Below are positions 18,263 through 27,937 of a stretch of 64,000 bases of DNA, in pieces. Location: assembly GCA_029775915.1 (NCBI GenBank), contig JARVKA010000001.1, forward strand, positions 28,781 through 92,780, in the 5' to 3' direction. The position numbers and the translations under genes are program-made. This DNA comes from Nitrososphaeria archaeon. Its GTDB lineage: Archaea; Thermoproteota; Nitrososphaeria; Nitrososphaerales; JANXEG01. The notes under the pieces are model-generated. The model ran no database searches, was not told the origin of the DNA, and saw only the letters and a list, made by a program, of their open reading frames with translations. Position 1 is the first letter of the stretch. Each line of letters opens with the position of its first letter.

Positions 18263-19900
18263 ATGAAAGCATGGATAAAATTTTATCCATCTTGGGTTAA
18301 GCCAAATTTAGAATATCCCAAGATTCCCTTATCTGAGATTTTCAGAAATTCTGTTAACAAGCATCCTAACCATATCGCATTAATATACTATGATGCAAGA
18401 ATAACGTATAAACAATTGGATGAATATGTGAATAAATGTGCAAGGGCACTCAATGAGCTTGGTTTACATAAAGGTGATAGAGTAGCACTTTGTTTACCCA
18501 ATATACCCCAATACATTATTGCTTTCTTCGGTATTTTGAGGGCTGGGGGTATTGCAGTACCTTGTAATCCATTTTATAAAGAAAGAGAATTAGAGTATCA
18601 AATTAATGACGCTGGCGCAAAAATAATTGTAACGTTATGTGATAAAATTCAAGGATTTGATGCATGCGATGTGATTATGAGGATTAAAAATAAGACGAAA
18701 CTTGAGAGTATAATCACAACTAGTATGGCAGATTTTTTAACTGATGAATATAAAAAAAGATTGAGGGTTGAGAGGATTCATTATGATAATACTTATGATT
18801 TAATGAATCTTATAAAAGATCAAATTAATCAACCATTATTAACTCAAATCGAATTTGATGAAGTTGCATTATTACAATATACAGGTGGGACTACAGGTAT
18901 TCCTAAAGGTGCTATGCTTACTCATTATAATTTAGTCTCAAATGCTGTAGCTATGTCTGAGTGGTTAAAATTAAAAAATGATATTTGCCTTGGTGTATTG
19001 CCATTTTTCCACATTTATGGTTTAACGGTATCGATGAATGCATCACTTTACTCTGCATCCACATTAATCTTAATCCCTCGCTTTGATGCAAAAATAGTTA
19101 TGGAAATTATTGAACGTGAGAGAGTTACAGTATTTTGTGGTGTGCCTACAATGTATATAGCTTTAATTAATCATCCCGATATATTAAAATACAATCTTTC
19201 ATCATTAAGGGTTTGTGTTTCAGGAGGTGCTCCTTTACCCTCATCTCTAATTGAAAGTTTCAAAAGATTTTCATCAGCTCAATTGATTGAAGGTTATGGG
19301 CTCACAGAAGCTAGCCCTGTAACTCATTGCAATCCATTAGGATTTAATAAGCCAAGCTCAATCGGTATACCCATACCTGATACTGAAGCAAAAATTGTTG
19401 ATTTAAATGATCCTTTAAAAGAGTTAAAGGTTGGTGAAATTGGTGAGTTAGCAGTAAGAGGCCCTCAAGTGATGAAAGGTTATTGGAATAAGATTAGCGA
19501 AACTGAGTTAGTTTTAAAAAATGGATGGCTACTTACAGGTGATATAGCAAAAATGGATGAAGATGGCTACTTTTATATTATCGATCGAAAGAAAGATATG
19601 ATAAATGTATCGGGTTTAAAAGTATGGCCTCGTGAAGTTGAAGATGTTTTATATGAACATCCAGCTGTGAAAGAAGTAGCAGTGATAGGTGTAGCTGATC
19701 CATATAAAGGAGAATCTGTGAAGGCTTATGTTGTATTAAAGGATGGTTATCAAGGAAAGGTAACGGAGAATGAACTTATAGCATTTTGTCGTGAGCGAAT
19801 AGCGAATTATAAAGTTCCAAAATTAATTGAATTTAAAGAGCAACTCCCAAAAACTTCTGTAGGTAAGGTATTGAGAAGAGCTTTGAGAGAGTTAAATTAA
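18263..19900 (+). CDS. AMP-forming acyl-CoA synthetase (long/medium-chain fatty acid-CoA ligase family)
   Basis: 545 aa. Motifs LQYTGGTTGIPKGAMLTH, EGYGLTE, TGDIAKMDEDGYFYIIDRKKDMI and PKTSVGKV. Confidence 0.9.
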   Translation: MKAWIKFYPSWVKPNLEYPKIPLSEIFRNSVNKHPNHIALIYYDARITYKQLDEYVNKCARALNELGLHKGDRVALCLPNIPQYIIAFFGILRAGGIAVPCNPFYKERELEYQINDAGAKIIVTLCDKIQGFDACDVIMRIKNKTKLESIITTSMADFLTDEYKKRLRVERIHYDNTYDLMNLIKDQINQPLLTQIEFDEVALLQYTGGTTGIPKGAMLTHYNLVSNAVAMSEWLKLKNDICLGVLPFFHIYGLTVSMNASLYSASTLILIPRFDAKIVMEIIERERVTVFCGVPTMYIALINHPDILKYNLSSLRVCVSGGAPLPSSLIESFKRFSSAQLIEGYGLTEASPVTHCNPLGFNKPSSIGIPIPDTEAKIVDLNDPLKELKVGEIGELAVRGPQVMKGYWNKISETELVLKNGWLLTGDIAKMDEDGYFYIIDRKKDMINVSGLKVWPREVEDVLYEHPAVKEVAVIGVADPYKGESVKAYVVLKDGYQGKVTENELIAFCRERIANYKVPKLIEFKEQLPKTSVGKVLRRALRELN

Positions 19901-20655
19901 TCTTCGATTTCTTCTCCACCTTTAAATATGCGTGTAAGTGTGGCTGAGAGTTCAACCATGCCCTCTTGAGTTACTGCTGATACGGGGATTAATTCGTATG
20001 AGAAACCTATACGTGCTAAATTTCTTAATATACCACTACCTAACAAATAATCAATTGAGCGAGCTTCTTCCTTTATAGCACTCTCTAAAGCTGCTCGATC
20101 TGATGCCCATTTTAAAATTTTCTTCCATTTCTCACCTATTAAGTCTTTTTTAGATAATAAAGCAACGTGAGGTGCACGAAGGCGGAGTTGTATAGAAGCA
20201 TTAAGTAAGGCTATTGATACAAAGTTAATAGGTGTGGATACAAGCATAGAGTCAAAGAGGAATAAAATTGCACGCTCGTCACATTTAATATTCTCTACTA
20301 TATATGGTCCATTATTACGATATGCAAAAAGCTCTACTTGGCCTGGTGTATCTATAATAGCATAATCAGGTGATAATGAATCTATCTCATCTTGAATCTC
20401 TTGAAATCTTGTAGCGATTAAATCTGTTGCGAAGATTAAAGCACCATTGGGCCCTAATTGGTAAGAATCCATTATAGTTTGAATATCAATGTAATCACGA
20501 ATATCAACATCAGGTTCATAAGGTAAGCTTAAAGCGCCTGGGTCTAGATTTACAGCTATTGCGTATGAACCTTTTGCATTAAACCATTGTGTTAAACACG
20601 ATGTGAGTAAAGATTTGCCAGATCCAGCTGTACCCGTTATGAATATTGCATACAT
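19897..20655 (-). CDS. GPN-loop GTPase
   Basis: 252 aa. Walker A GTAGSGKS and the GPN motif QLGPNGA. Its stop overlaps the convergent ligase stop (TTAA). Confidence 0.8.
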   Translation of the reverse strand: MYAIFITGTAGSGKSLLTSCLTQWFNAKGSYAIAVNLDPGALSLPYEPDVDIRDYIDIQTIMDSYQLGPNGALIFATDLIATRFQEIQDEIDSLSPDYAIIDTPGQVELFAYRNNGPYIVENIKCDERAILFLFDSMLVSTPINFVSIALLNASIQLRLRAPHVALLSKKDLIGEKWKKILKWASDRAALESAIKEEARSIDYLLGSGILRNLARIGFSYELIPVSAVTQEGMVELSATLTRIFKGGEEIED

Positions 20656-20702
20656 ATCCCTTAACTCCTATATATTTTAGTTATAAGATCCCTAAATATC
20701 TA

Positions 20703-21209
20703 CTATCTACTCGATATAATTGCGATAAAGTAAGATTCAATTAAAGCTCCTATAAATAGTAAAATTGTAGCTATAAGAAGAATTTTAAAGCTATTTTTCA
20801 ATCTCGATTTAAAACCAGCTCTTTTTATGGAGAGGGTTGTGAGATTTATAGACTCTCCTAAAGTTATTGTGTAAGCTGAGTATTCGAGAATGAAAACTGG
20901 ATTCATTATTAAAAGGAATATCATAAAAAGGTTACTGAGATTAATAGAGGATGTTAAAGCACCAATCGCATATCCAGTATTGAATTGAACGAATAAATGA
21001 ATAGGAATACCGATGAATGGGATTAGTGTAACTAACGCTATAAGAAAGTTATTATGAAAAATGAATAATGGAGTTTTTTCTAACCCTTTAATCATTTTTT
21101 CAACCTCTTTAACATCATTTAAAGGAGCGTTTCGACCTTTAAAGAAGCCTATTGAAAAAGCTAAAGAGATTAATAAAATAGCTATAAGAATTGCAATTTT
21201 AAAGCGCAT
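20703..21209 (-). CDS. Small polytopic membrane protein, SpoIIM/DUF95-like
   Basis: 168 aa with 4-5 TM helices. FHNNFLIAL and NPVFILEYSAY resemble SpoIIM-family blocks. This is a weak call. Confidence 0.4.
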   Translation of the reverse strand: MRFKIAILIAILLISLAFSIGFFKGRNAPLNDVKEVEKMIKGLEKTPLFIFHNNFLIALVTLIPFIGIPIHLFVQFNTGYAIGALTSSINLSNLFMIFLLIMNPVFILEYSAYTITLGESINLTTLSIKRAGFKSRLKNSFKILLIATILLFIGALIESYFIAIISSR

Positions 21210-21283
21210 TTAAACTTCCCCAACTTATCAACCATTTTGTTATCGTTACATCTAAATAAGTGTTCGCTTATTATTAATTCGTA

Positions 21284-22135
21284 ATGATAAGGACTTCTTT
21301 AAAGCGGATTTGTTTTGAAATCATACCTATTGGGAACGAACTCCTTTTAGGTGAGGTATTAGATACAAATAGTCAATGGATGGCAAAAAAGATTACCGAA
21401 CTTGGAGGTTTTGTAACACGAATCACAATTATTGGTGATGATATAGAAATTATTTCAAATACGATTCAAGAAGCATTAAAAAGAAAACCATCATGGATTA
21501 TAACTTGTGGTGGTTTAGGACCAACTTACGATGATAAAACTCTTGTAGGTATAGCGAAAGCTATAGGGAGAGAATTAGTAGTGAATAAAGATGCAGTGAA
21601 AATGTTGGAAGATAGGTATAAATTACTGGTTGAGAAGGGTATTGTGAAGAATGGACAATTAACCCCTGCGAGATTAAAAATGGCAATGATTCCCGAAGGC
21701 GCTATACCCATACCTAATAGAGTTGGTACAGCACCAGCCGTTTTTCTTAAAGTTAATGATGTAAAAATAGTATCTTTACCTGGAGTACCATCAGAGATGA
21801 AGGATATTTTTGAGCAATCTTTAATACCTTTATTTAAAGAGGACATCGGGAAGATTCATCAAAGCGAATTATTTTTAGAGGTTAGTGATATTGTAGAATC
21901 AAAGTTAGCACCATTGCTCGATAAGGTTTTAGAGGGAAAATCGGATATTTATATTAAATCACACCCTCAAACGGTTGAAGAAGGCCGCTCGAAATTATTG
22001 ATTTATATAACTGGTTGGAGTCACACAAAAAATGAGGCCGATGAGATTGTTAAGAAAACTTCAGAAGAATTAATGGAAATTATTAAAAAGCAAGGTGGTA
22101 AGGTTATTAAGAGTTATGTTAGAAAAAGAGATTAA
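21284..22135 (+). CDS. CinA-like MoCF-biosynthesis-domain protein (COG1058-type)
   Basis: 283 aa. IIPIGNELLLGEVLDTNSQWMAKK and TCGGLGPTYDDKT blocks of the MoCF_BD/CinA N-terminal domain. Confidence 0.7.
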   Translation: MIRTSLKRICFEIIPIGNELLLGEVLDTNSQWMAKKITELGGFVTRITIIGDDIEIISNTIQEALKRKPSWIITCGGLGPTYDDKTLVGIAKAIGRELVVNKDAVKMLEDRYKLLVEKGIVKNGQLTPARLKMAMIPEGAIPIPNRVGTAPAVFLKVNDVKIVSLPGVPSEMKDIFEQSLIPLFKEDIGKIHQSELFLEVSDIVESKLAPLLDKVLEGKSDIYIKSHPQTVEEGRSKLLIYITGWSHTKNEADEIVKKTSEELMEIIKKQGGKVIKSYVRKRD

Positions 22136-22559
22136 ACGTAAATATCCTAATCAACCAATCGCTGCTGTAGGAGCTATAATAAAAGAAGGGGATAAAGTAT
22201 TATTAGTGAAAAGAAGATTTGAACCTGGTATGGGTAAATGGTCCATACCCGGAGGTTTAGTAGAGTTGGGTGAGCGAGTTCAAGATGCGGTAGTGAGAGA
22301 AGTTAAGGAAGAGGTAGGGTTAACAGTAAAAGTTGAGAAGCTAATCGATGTGGTAGATAATATAATTCGTGATGAAGAAGGAAGAGTTATGTATCACTAT
22401 ATTATAGCGGATTATTTAACGAGTCCAATTTCTGGAGAGTTAAAGGGTAGTCATGAAATTTTAGATTTAAAATGGGTAACGAAAGAGGATTTAAAAAATC
22501 TTGAATTAACCCGAACTTGTAAAAGGCTTTTAATGCAAATTGGATTTATTAATGAATAA
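22116..22559 (+). CDS. NUDIX hydrolase
   Basis: Nudix box GGLVELGERVQDAVVREVKEEVGL. The track ORF starts at 22095 (GTG). ATG 22116 is the more likely start and overlaps the CinA-like gene by 20 nt. Confidence 0.85.
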   Translation: MLEKEIKRKYPNQPIAAVGAIIKEGDKVLLVKRRFEPGMGKWSIPGGLVELGERVQDAVVREVKEEVGLTVKVEKLIDVVDNIIRDEEGRVMYHYIIADYLTSPISGELKGSHEILDLKWVTKEDLKNLELTRTCKRLLMQIGFINE

Positions 22560-22614
22560 TAGTATCATATTCACTCAAATTATTGAGCGCTTTAATTTAA
22601 TTAATTATTAAGGT

Positions 22615-23103
22615 ATGAATAAAAACATACTCTTAATTTACTTTTCATGGAAGGGAGCTACTAAACGAGTAGCTTTAGATATAAAAAAGATATTGGAGAA
22701 AAAATATCGCCTTGAAGTTTATGAAATTAAGCCTAAAGTTGAGCGTAATTATTTTGATTGGCTCATTAGATCATTCATACCTAATAGCAGAGTTCAAATA
22801 AATCCATTACCATTCAATTTAACTCATTACGATTTAATTTATTTGGGTTTGCCTAAATGGACCTTTAGTTGCCCACCAATTAATGAATATTTAAGTTTAA
22901 TAAGTGGAGTAGAGGGTAAAAAATTTAAGGTATTTATAACTTATGGAGGTTTTGATGAAGATAGGTATCTCAAAGCTTTTTTAAAGAAGCTTAAAGGGAA
23001 AAAGATTAAAGTTGTTGCTACACTCAAAGTTAAAAGGAGCGAAATAGGTAAAGAGGAATATTTAAGAAGTATAAACGAGTTTTGTAGTGAATCTTTCAAC
23101 TAA
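22615..23103 (+). CDS. Flavodoxin-like fold protein (weak call)
   Basis: 162 aa. Alternating beta/alpha pattern ILLIYFSWKGATKRVA ... VFITYGG. No strong motif. Confidence 0.3.
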   Translation: MNKNILLIYFSWKGATKRVALDIKKILEKKYRLEVYEIKPKVERNYFDWLIRSFIPNSRVQINPLPFNLTHYDLIYLGLPKWTFSCPPINEYLSLISGVEGKKFKVFITYGGFDEDRYLKAFLKKLKGKKIKVVATLKVKRSEIGKEEYLRSINEFCSESFN

Positions 23104-23280
23104 ATGTGCGTCATTATTAAAAATAAAGATGGTTTTTGAATGCAAATCTTTTACTTCTCATTTTTCTTTATAATGTTAAATGGAGATTATTTTTAAAAGT
23201 CAAAAAGTTTATTGAGTGTAATCGAGTTTTATAATATTCGATAAATATTAAAAGAGGTTAATAATTCAATTAAAAGGGTT

Positions 23281-24429
23281 ATGAGAGGCGGTAATAATAG
23301 AGAATTCCAAGAAATAGTAAAGCCGAGCATGAGTGTTAGAGAGGAGATAATGCGTTTGGGGGGTGAGAGTATTAAAAAATGTTATCAATGTGGTATATGT
23401 ACTGTAGTATGCCCAATCTCAAAGGAATTTTCTTTAAAGATTAGAATGTTTGCTCGTTATATTCAATTGGGCTTAGAAGATAAAATTGTTAAAAGTTTAG
23501 ACCCTTGGCTTTGTTATTATTGTGGAGATTGCTCTAAAAATTGCCCAAGACAAGCAAAGCCTGGAGAGGGTATGATGGCATTACGCAGATATCTTACATC
23601 AAAATACGATTGGACAGGTTTTTCTAAGATTCTTTATCAATCCAAAATTGTTGGAATCATAGCCATTATTGTAATAGCTTTAATCACAAGTCTTTTTATT
23701 TACTTATTTCATGGTCCAATAATAATGGATAAAGTCGAACTTAATACTTTTGCTCCCTTACATATAATTGAGAAAGCAGATCATATTATATTCATAATCC
23801 TTACTTTATTACTTTTAACGAATTTATTCAAAATGTATAAATTTGTAATGGGAAATATAAAAAAATCACAATTGTCCATCAAGACTTATATAATAGAATT
23901 TATAAAAGTTGTACCACTCAACTTTTTCTCACAAAAGATGTTAGGGCTTTGTACAAATAAAAGATACTGGATTATTCATTTATCGATCTTTTTTGGCTAT
24001 GTCACCTCTTTTATCCTATTCGTTATATTACTCCCATGCGTTCACACGAATGAACCATTTTTACTTTTTAATCCACTTAGCATTGTAGGCATATTTGCTA
24101 CAATTACGCTCCTTTACGGTATTATAACATCGATTTATGGAAGAATTAAAAGGAATCAACCGATTTGGGAATATTCACACTTTACTGATTGGACATTTAT
24201 CATACTATTACTTATTATTACAATAACAGGAATTTTAACTGGTATTTTTAGATTGATTGGATTACCAATGGCTACTTATTTGAGTTATTCTATTCACTTA
24301 ATAGCAGATGTACCTTTTCTCATTCTTATGGTTCCATTCGCAAAATGGTCTCACTTGTTATACAGGCCTTTCGCCCTTTATTTTGAAAGATTGATCGAAA
24401 TCTCATCATTAAAAGGAGTGAAATCTTAA
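23281..24429 (+). CDS. Membrane Fe-S protein: N-terminal 2x[4Fe-4S] ferredoxin domain plus ~6-TM HdrE/NarI-like domain (QmoC/HmeC-like architecture)
   Basis: 382 aa. CYQCGICTVVCP and CYYCGDCSKNCP come first, followed by six long hydrophobic helices that contain several His. Confidence 0.6.
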   Translation: MRGGNNREFQEIVKPSMSVREEIMRLGGESIKKCYQCGICTVVCPISKEFSLKIRMFARYIQLGLEDKIVKSLDPWLCYYCGDCSKNCPRQAKPGEGMMALRRYLTSKYDWTGFSKILYQSKIVGIIAIIVIALITSLFIYLFHGPIIMDKVELNTFAPLHIIEKADHIIFIILTLLLLTNLFKMYKFVMGNIKKSQLSIKTYIIEFIKVVPLNFFSQKMLGLCTNKRYWIIHLSIFFGYVTSFILFVILLPCVHTNEPFLLFNPLSIVGIFATITLLYGIITSIYGRIKRNQPIWEYSHFTDWTFIILLLIITITGILTGIFRLIGLPMATYLSYSIHLIADVPFLILMVPFAKWSHLLYRPFALYFERLIEISSLKGVKS

Positions 24430-24455
24430 TTTAGGTTCGTGAAACTATTTATAAA

Positions 24456-26822
24456 TTAGTTTGCTTTTAAGATTTTATCCAACTTTTCTCTAATTTCTCT
24501 TTTCAAAGGACCCATACGTTGAATTCTTTTAGCAAAAGTATCTAAGCCTTCAAGCTTATAGTATTGTGGTAAAGTTATTGAAATGTTTATAAATCTCATT
24601 GCCTCTATTCCGTATTCTCTACATTTCTTTTGAATTTCAGCGGTGTAACTTCTAAATCTTTCTTTAAATGGACTATCCTCACCCTCTATTAATGCTATAC
24701 CATCAGCACCATGAGCGAATGCGTGGAGGATATGTTTTATCCCAACTCTTCCTACACTGGGGACTTTAATCGTATGAATATAATGAGAATACTTCCTCCG
24801 ATCCAACCCATACATATCCATCGCTTTATAAGCGGTGGATCCCTCTACAAAGGCGATAATTTTAGGTGAAATTAAGCCATTAGATGCCGCTATTATTTCA
24901 TTTAAGAATTGCTGTTCAGTATGATTCTTCAAATCTATAGCATTTCTTGGACAAACTGGTAAGCAAATACCACATCCTATGCAAGCGAGTGTATTTATCC
25001 AAGCCTTTCCTTCCTTCATTTCTATCGCTTTAACAGGACAAGCTTCAACACAAAGACCACAACCATCGCACATTTCAATATTCAAATAAGCTTTTTCTGG
25101 ACTCACTTCAATTATACCCTCTTTTAAAAAGCTAGCAACTCTAGATGCTGCACTCATAGCCTCTACAACACTCTCTCTCACATCCTTTGGTCCAGTAACA
25201 CAACCACATAAATAAAGACCTGGCTTTGGCCCATCGACTGGCTCAAGCTTATAATGCTTCTCCATTAAAAACCCATCAGGTCCGGTTTGAATTCCAAATA
25301 ACTTTGATAATTCATTAAGATCTTCATTAGGTATAATAGCTACATTCAAAACTACTAAATCAAAAGTCTCTTCTATTAAAGCGTTAAGAAGTGTATCCTC
25401 ACTCTTTACCACAATACCCTCTTTTGTAGGAGTTAATTGAATAACCTTACCTCTCACAGTGATGATTCCATGTTCCATAGCTCTCGTGTAAAACTCCTCA
25501 TACCATTTCCCAGCAGCTCTGAGATCCATGTAAAAAATCCAAGGCTCAGATCCGGGAACCATCTCTTTAAGTAAAAAAGCTTGCTTTAAAGCTATCATAC
25601 AACAAATCTTACTGCAATATGGCTTACCTTGATTTGGATCTCTACTCCCTACACATAATATAAATGCTACCTTCTTTGGAATTTTGCCATCAGAAGGCTT
25701 CACAATCCCCTTTAAAAAGAGCCTTTCAAATTGAAAGTGGGTAATTATATCTGGATGTTCACCATAATGAAGGTAAGAATTGAGAGAAGGTATAGTTCTT
25801 GGGTCTAAGAGAGAGAAGCCAGTAGCGAGTATAATAGCACCAACCTTAATTTTCACTAACTCCTCTTTATCATCGAATTTAATGGCACCTCTAGGACAAA
25901 ATTTTTCACATACTTTACATATCCCTTTTTGAAAGTAAAGGCAATGGGTTGCATCAATTGTGTAAGCACTTGGTATAGCTTGGGGAAAAGGTTGAAAGAT
26001 CGCTTTACGATAAGATAAGCCTCCTTCATATTCATTCAACACTTTAGATGGACATCTTATTGCACATTCACCACAAGCTGTACACTTCTCAATATCCACG
26101 TATCTAGGTTTAATTCTTAATGTAACCTCGTAATTCCCAGGCGTCCCCTCAACTTTTATCGGTTCAGCCATACTAATTATATTTATATTATCATTCTCAG
26201 CTACTTCAACCATTCTTGGAGAGAGAATACAACTCGAGCAGTCTAAAGTTGGGAATGTTTTATTGAGCAATATCATCTTACCTCCAATACTTGACTCTTT
26301 CTCTACCAAATAGACCTTGTAACCTTTATTAGCTAACTCTAATGATGCAAAAATTCCAGCAACCCCGCCACCTATAACCATTACATCCCTTTCTATCGAT
26401 TCTTTTTGAGGTTTTAAAGGTTCAAGAAATGATGCTCTAGCTACACCAGCTTTAATCAAATCAATAGCTTTCATAGTTGCACCTTCTTTATCTTCATGAA
26501 CCCAGCTACATTGCTCTCTAAGATTTACTATCTCTAATAAGTATGGATTCAAACCTATTGATGTTAATAATTCCCGAAAAGTCTTTAAGTGCATTAATGG
26601 TGTACAAGCAGCAATCACAACTCTATTCAAATTATTTTTCTTTATGCTTTCTTTAATTATCTCTTGACCAGCCTTACTACAAAAGTATGTAGCCTCTTCA
26701 GCAACGATTACGTGAGGAAATTTAATAACTTCGTTAATCACTCTTTTAATATCTATAGTATTACCAATATTCCCACCGCAATGGCAAAGATAAACGCCGA
26801 TTCTTGACTCTTCAACACCCAT
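24456..26822 (-). CDS. hdrA: HdrA-like flavo-Fe-S protein with a C-terminal MvhD-like domain that lacks the cluster cysteines
   Basis: 788 aa. The HdrA N-domain is IGVYLCHCGGNIG...VIAACTP...REQCSWVH. The FAD fold is VMVIGGGVAGIFASLELA. Ferredoxin inserts are CTACGECAIRCP, CKVCEKFCP, CDGCGLCVEACP and CIGCGICLPVCP. The C-terminus is IIAFVEGSTAYKAMD...VPSVGRV...AFAHGADGIALIEGEDSPF. Confidence 0.85.
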   Translation of the reverse strand: MGVEESRIGVYLCHCGGNIGNTIDIKRVINEVIKFPHVIVAEEATYFCSKAGQEIIKESIKKNNLNRVVIAACTPLMHLKTFRELLTSIGLNPYLLEIVNLREQCSWVHEDKEGATMKAIDLIKAGVARASFLEPLKPQKESIERDVMVIGGGVAGIFASLELANKGYKVYLVEKESSIGGKMILLNKTFPTLDCSSCILSPRMVEVAENDNINIISMAEPIKVEGTPGNYEVTLRIKPRYVDIEKCTACGECAIRCPSKVLNEYEGGLSYRKAIFQPFPQAIPSAYTIDATHCLYFQKGICKVCEKFCPRGAIKFDDKEELVKIKVGAIILATGFSLLDPRTIPSLNSYLHYGEHPDIITHFQFERLFLKGIVKPSDGKIPKKVAFILCVGSRDPNQGKPYCSKICCMIALKQAFLLKEMVPGSEPWIFYMDLRAAGKWYEEFYTRAMEHGIITVRGKVIQLTPTKEGIVVKSEDTLLNALIEETFDLVVLNVAIIPNEDLNELSKLFGIQTGPDGFLMEKHYKLEPVDGPKPGLYLCGCVTGPKDVRESVVEAMSAASRVASFLKEGIIEVSPEKAYLNIEMCDGCGLCVEACPVKAIEMKEGKAWINTLACIGCGICLPVCPRNAIDLKNHTEQQFLNEIIAASNGLISPKIIAFVEGSTAYKAMDMYGLDRRKYSHYIHTIKVPSVGRVGIKHILHAFAHGADGIALIEGEDSPFKERFRSYTAEIQKKCREYGIEAMRFINISITLPQYYKLEGLDTFAKRIQRMGPLKREIREKLDKILKAN

Positions 26823-26990
26823 AATAAAATTTCCCTTTCTTACCTTCCTTAAGACTTACTTATCACTTTTATGGTAATATTATTAGTTTAAGAATTAGTA
26901 AATTTCAAAAGTTTTTATGATTGATAAAAAGGTTAACATTAAAATTAAAAATGATTCAATATAGTAGTTATAAAAAATATATGAAATAGA

Positions 26991-27521
26991 TTATGGTGGA
27001 GCGAATAATACTTCCAAAACATGGATTCTATCAATATGTCTATACAATGCTTCTTTATCTGGAAATACAGAGCCACAATAGGGGCACTTAACACCTTTTG
27101 GTAACTCAAGTTCAAGAGATATGGCTTGCTTCTTTATATCTCCAACATAAGATCTTTGGGAGATGATACCAACAATCTTATCGTCATCACGAATTAAAAG
27201 CCTTCTAATGTTATGCTTAACCATAATTGTAAGAGCTTCTCGAACGGTTGTTCCTATTGGTACTGAGATGAGTGGGGATGACATAACTTCCTTTAAAAGG
27301 GTTTTAGTTGGATCTTTACCCTCAGCAACAACTTTGTAAAGAATATCTCGCTCTGTAACGATTCCAATAGGTTTATCATCTTTCGTCACAATTACACTAC
27401 CAATACCTTGATCTCTCATAATTCTGGCACTCTCACATACACTCTTATTTCCATCAAGTGTTACGAGCTCCTTACGCATAAAATCCTCAACTTTAGCATC
27501 CAACAATTCTAAAATGGTCAA
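26991..27521 (-). CDS. CBS-pair protein with a C-terminal classical C2H2 zinc finger
   Basis: 176 aa. Two CBS repeats are followed by C-PY-C-GSV-F-PDKEA-L-YR-H-IDRI-H (DNA 27021-27086). Confidence 0.75.
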   Translation of the reverse strand: MTILELLDAKVEDFMRKELVTLDGNKSVCESARIMRDQGIGSVIVTKDDKPIGIVTERDILYKVVAEGKDPTKTLLKEVMSSPLISVPIGTTVREALTIMVKHNIRRLLIRDDDKIVGIISQRSYVGDIKKQAISLELELPKGVKCPYCGSVFPDKEALYRHIDRIHVLEVLFAPP

Positions 27522-27609
27522 AACCTATCATAATTAAAATGAAGTTTATAAATTTAAATAGTTAACTAATAAGTTCTTTTTTGCAATTTAAGAATAGTAT
27601 TTTATAAAT

Positions 27610-27904
27610 GGGTGCGTGTCGGCTATAACCCTCCTTCTGTTTTAGGTGGGATTTAGCTAAGCGGCCTACCCGGGTCTCGTGTAGACCTCATCAACCTCTA
27701 TTTGGCCTTGCTCCGCGTGGGGCGATCGTTTCATCCCGATTTCAGAAACCTCAAGCTTGCGCTATCATCGTACACTCTGAATCGGGTTGCGTTTCTGTAT
27801 CGTAGCCGACGGTCTCCCGTCGCGCCTCGCGGCGCCACGCTTCTACGATGGAGGGAGGAGTTTCCTCAGGGCGGAGCCCCGTACCCACCCGCCGACTCAC
27901 ACCC
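27610..27904 (-). ncRNA. rnpB: RNase P RNA (archaeal type A-like)
   Basis: The terminal helix pairs GGGUGUGAGUCGGC with GCCGACACGCACCC. There is a CR-I-like UGAGGAAACUCCUCCCUCCAU and a CR-V-like AAAACAGAAGGAGGGUUAUAG (the P4 strands), plus GGGAUGAAACGAUC. The region is strongly GC-rich in an AT-rich context. A TATA-like TTAATATTTA is centred ~27 nt upstream of the 5' G. Confidence 0.85.
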
Positions 27905-27937
27905 AAAATTAATAGAGTTATTCAATAAATATTAATT

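Noticed and set aside
27610-27904. Alternative reading of the GC-rich RNA as SRP (7S) RNA
   Set aside because: The GAGGAAACUCC...CUCCAU and ACAGAA...GGGUUAU strands (P4/CR-I/CR-V) and the GGGAUGAAACG element fit RNase P. I could not find the SRP helix-8 or Alu-domain signatures.
27702-27935. 77-aa + strand ORF (MALLRVGRSFHPDF...)
   Set aside because: It lies entirely inside the GC-rich RNase P RNA gene on the opposite strand. The Arg/Pro-rich translation is typical of a GC-rich RNA read as protein.
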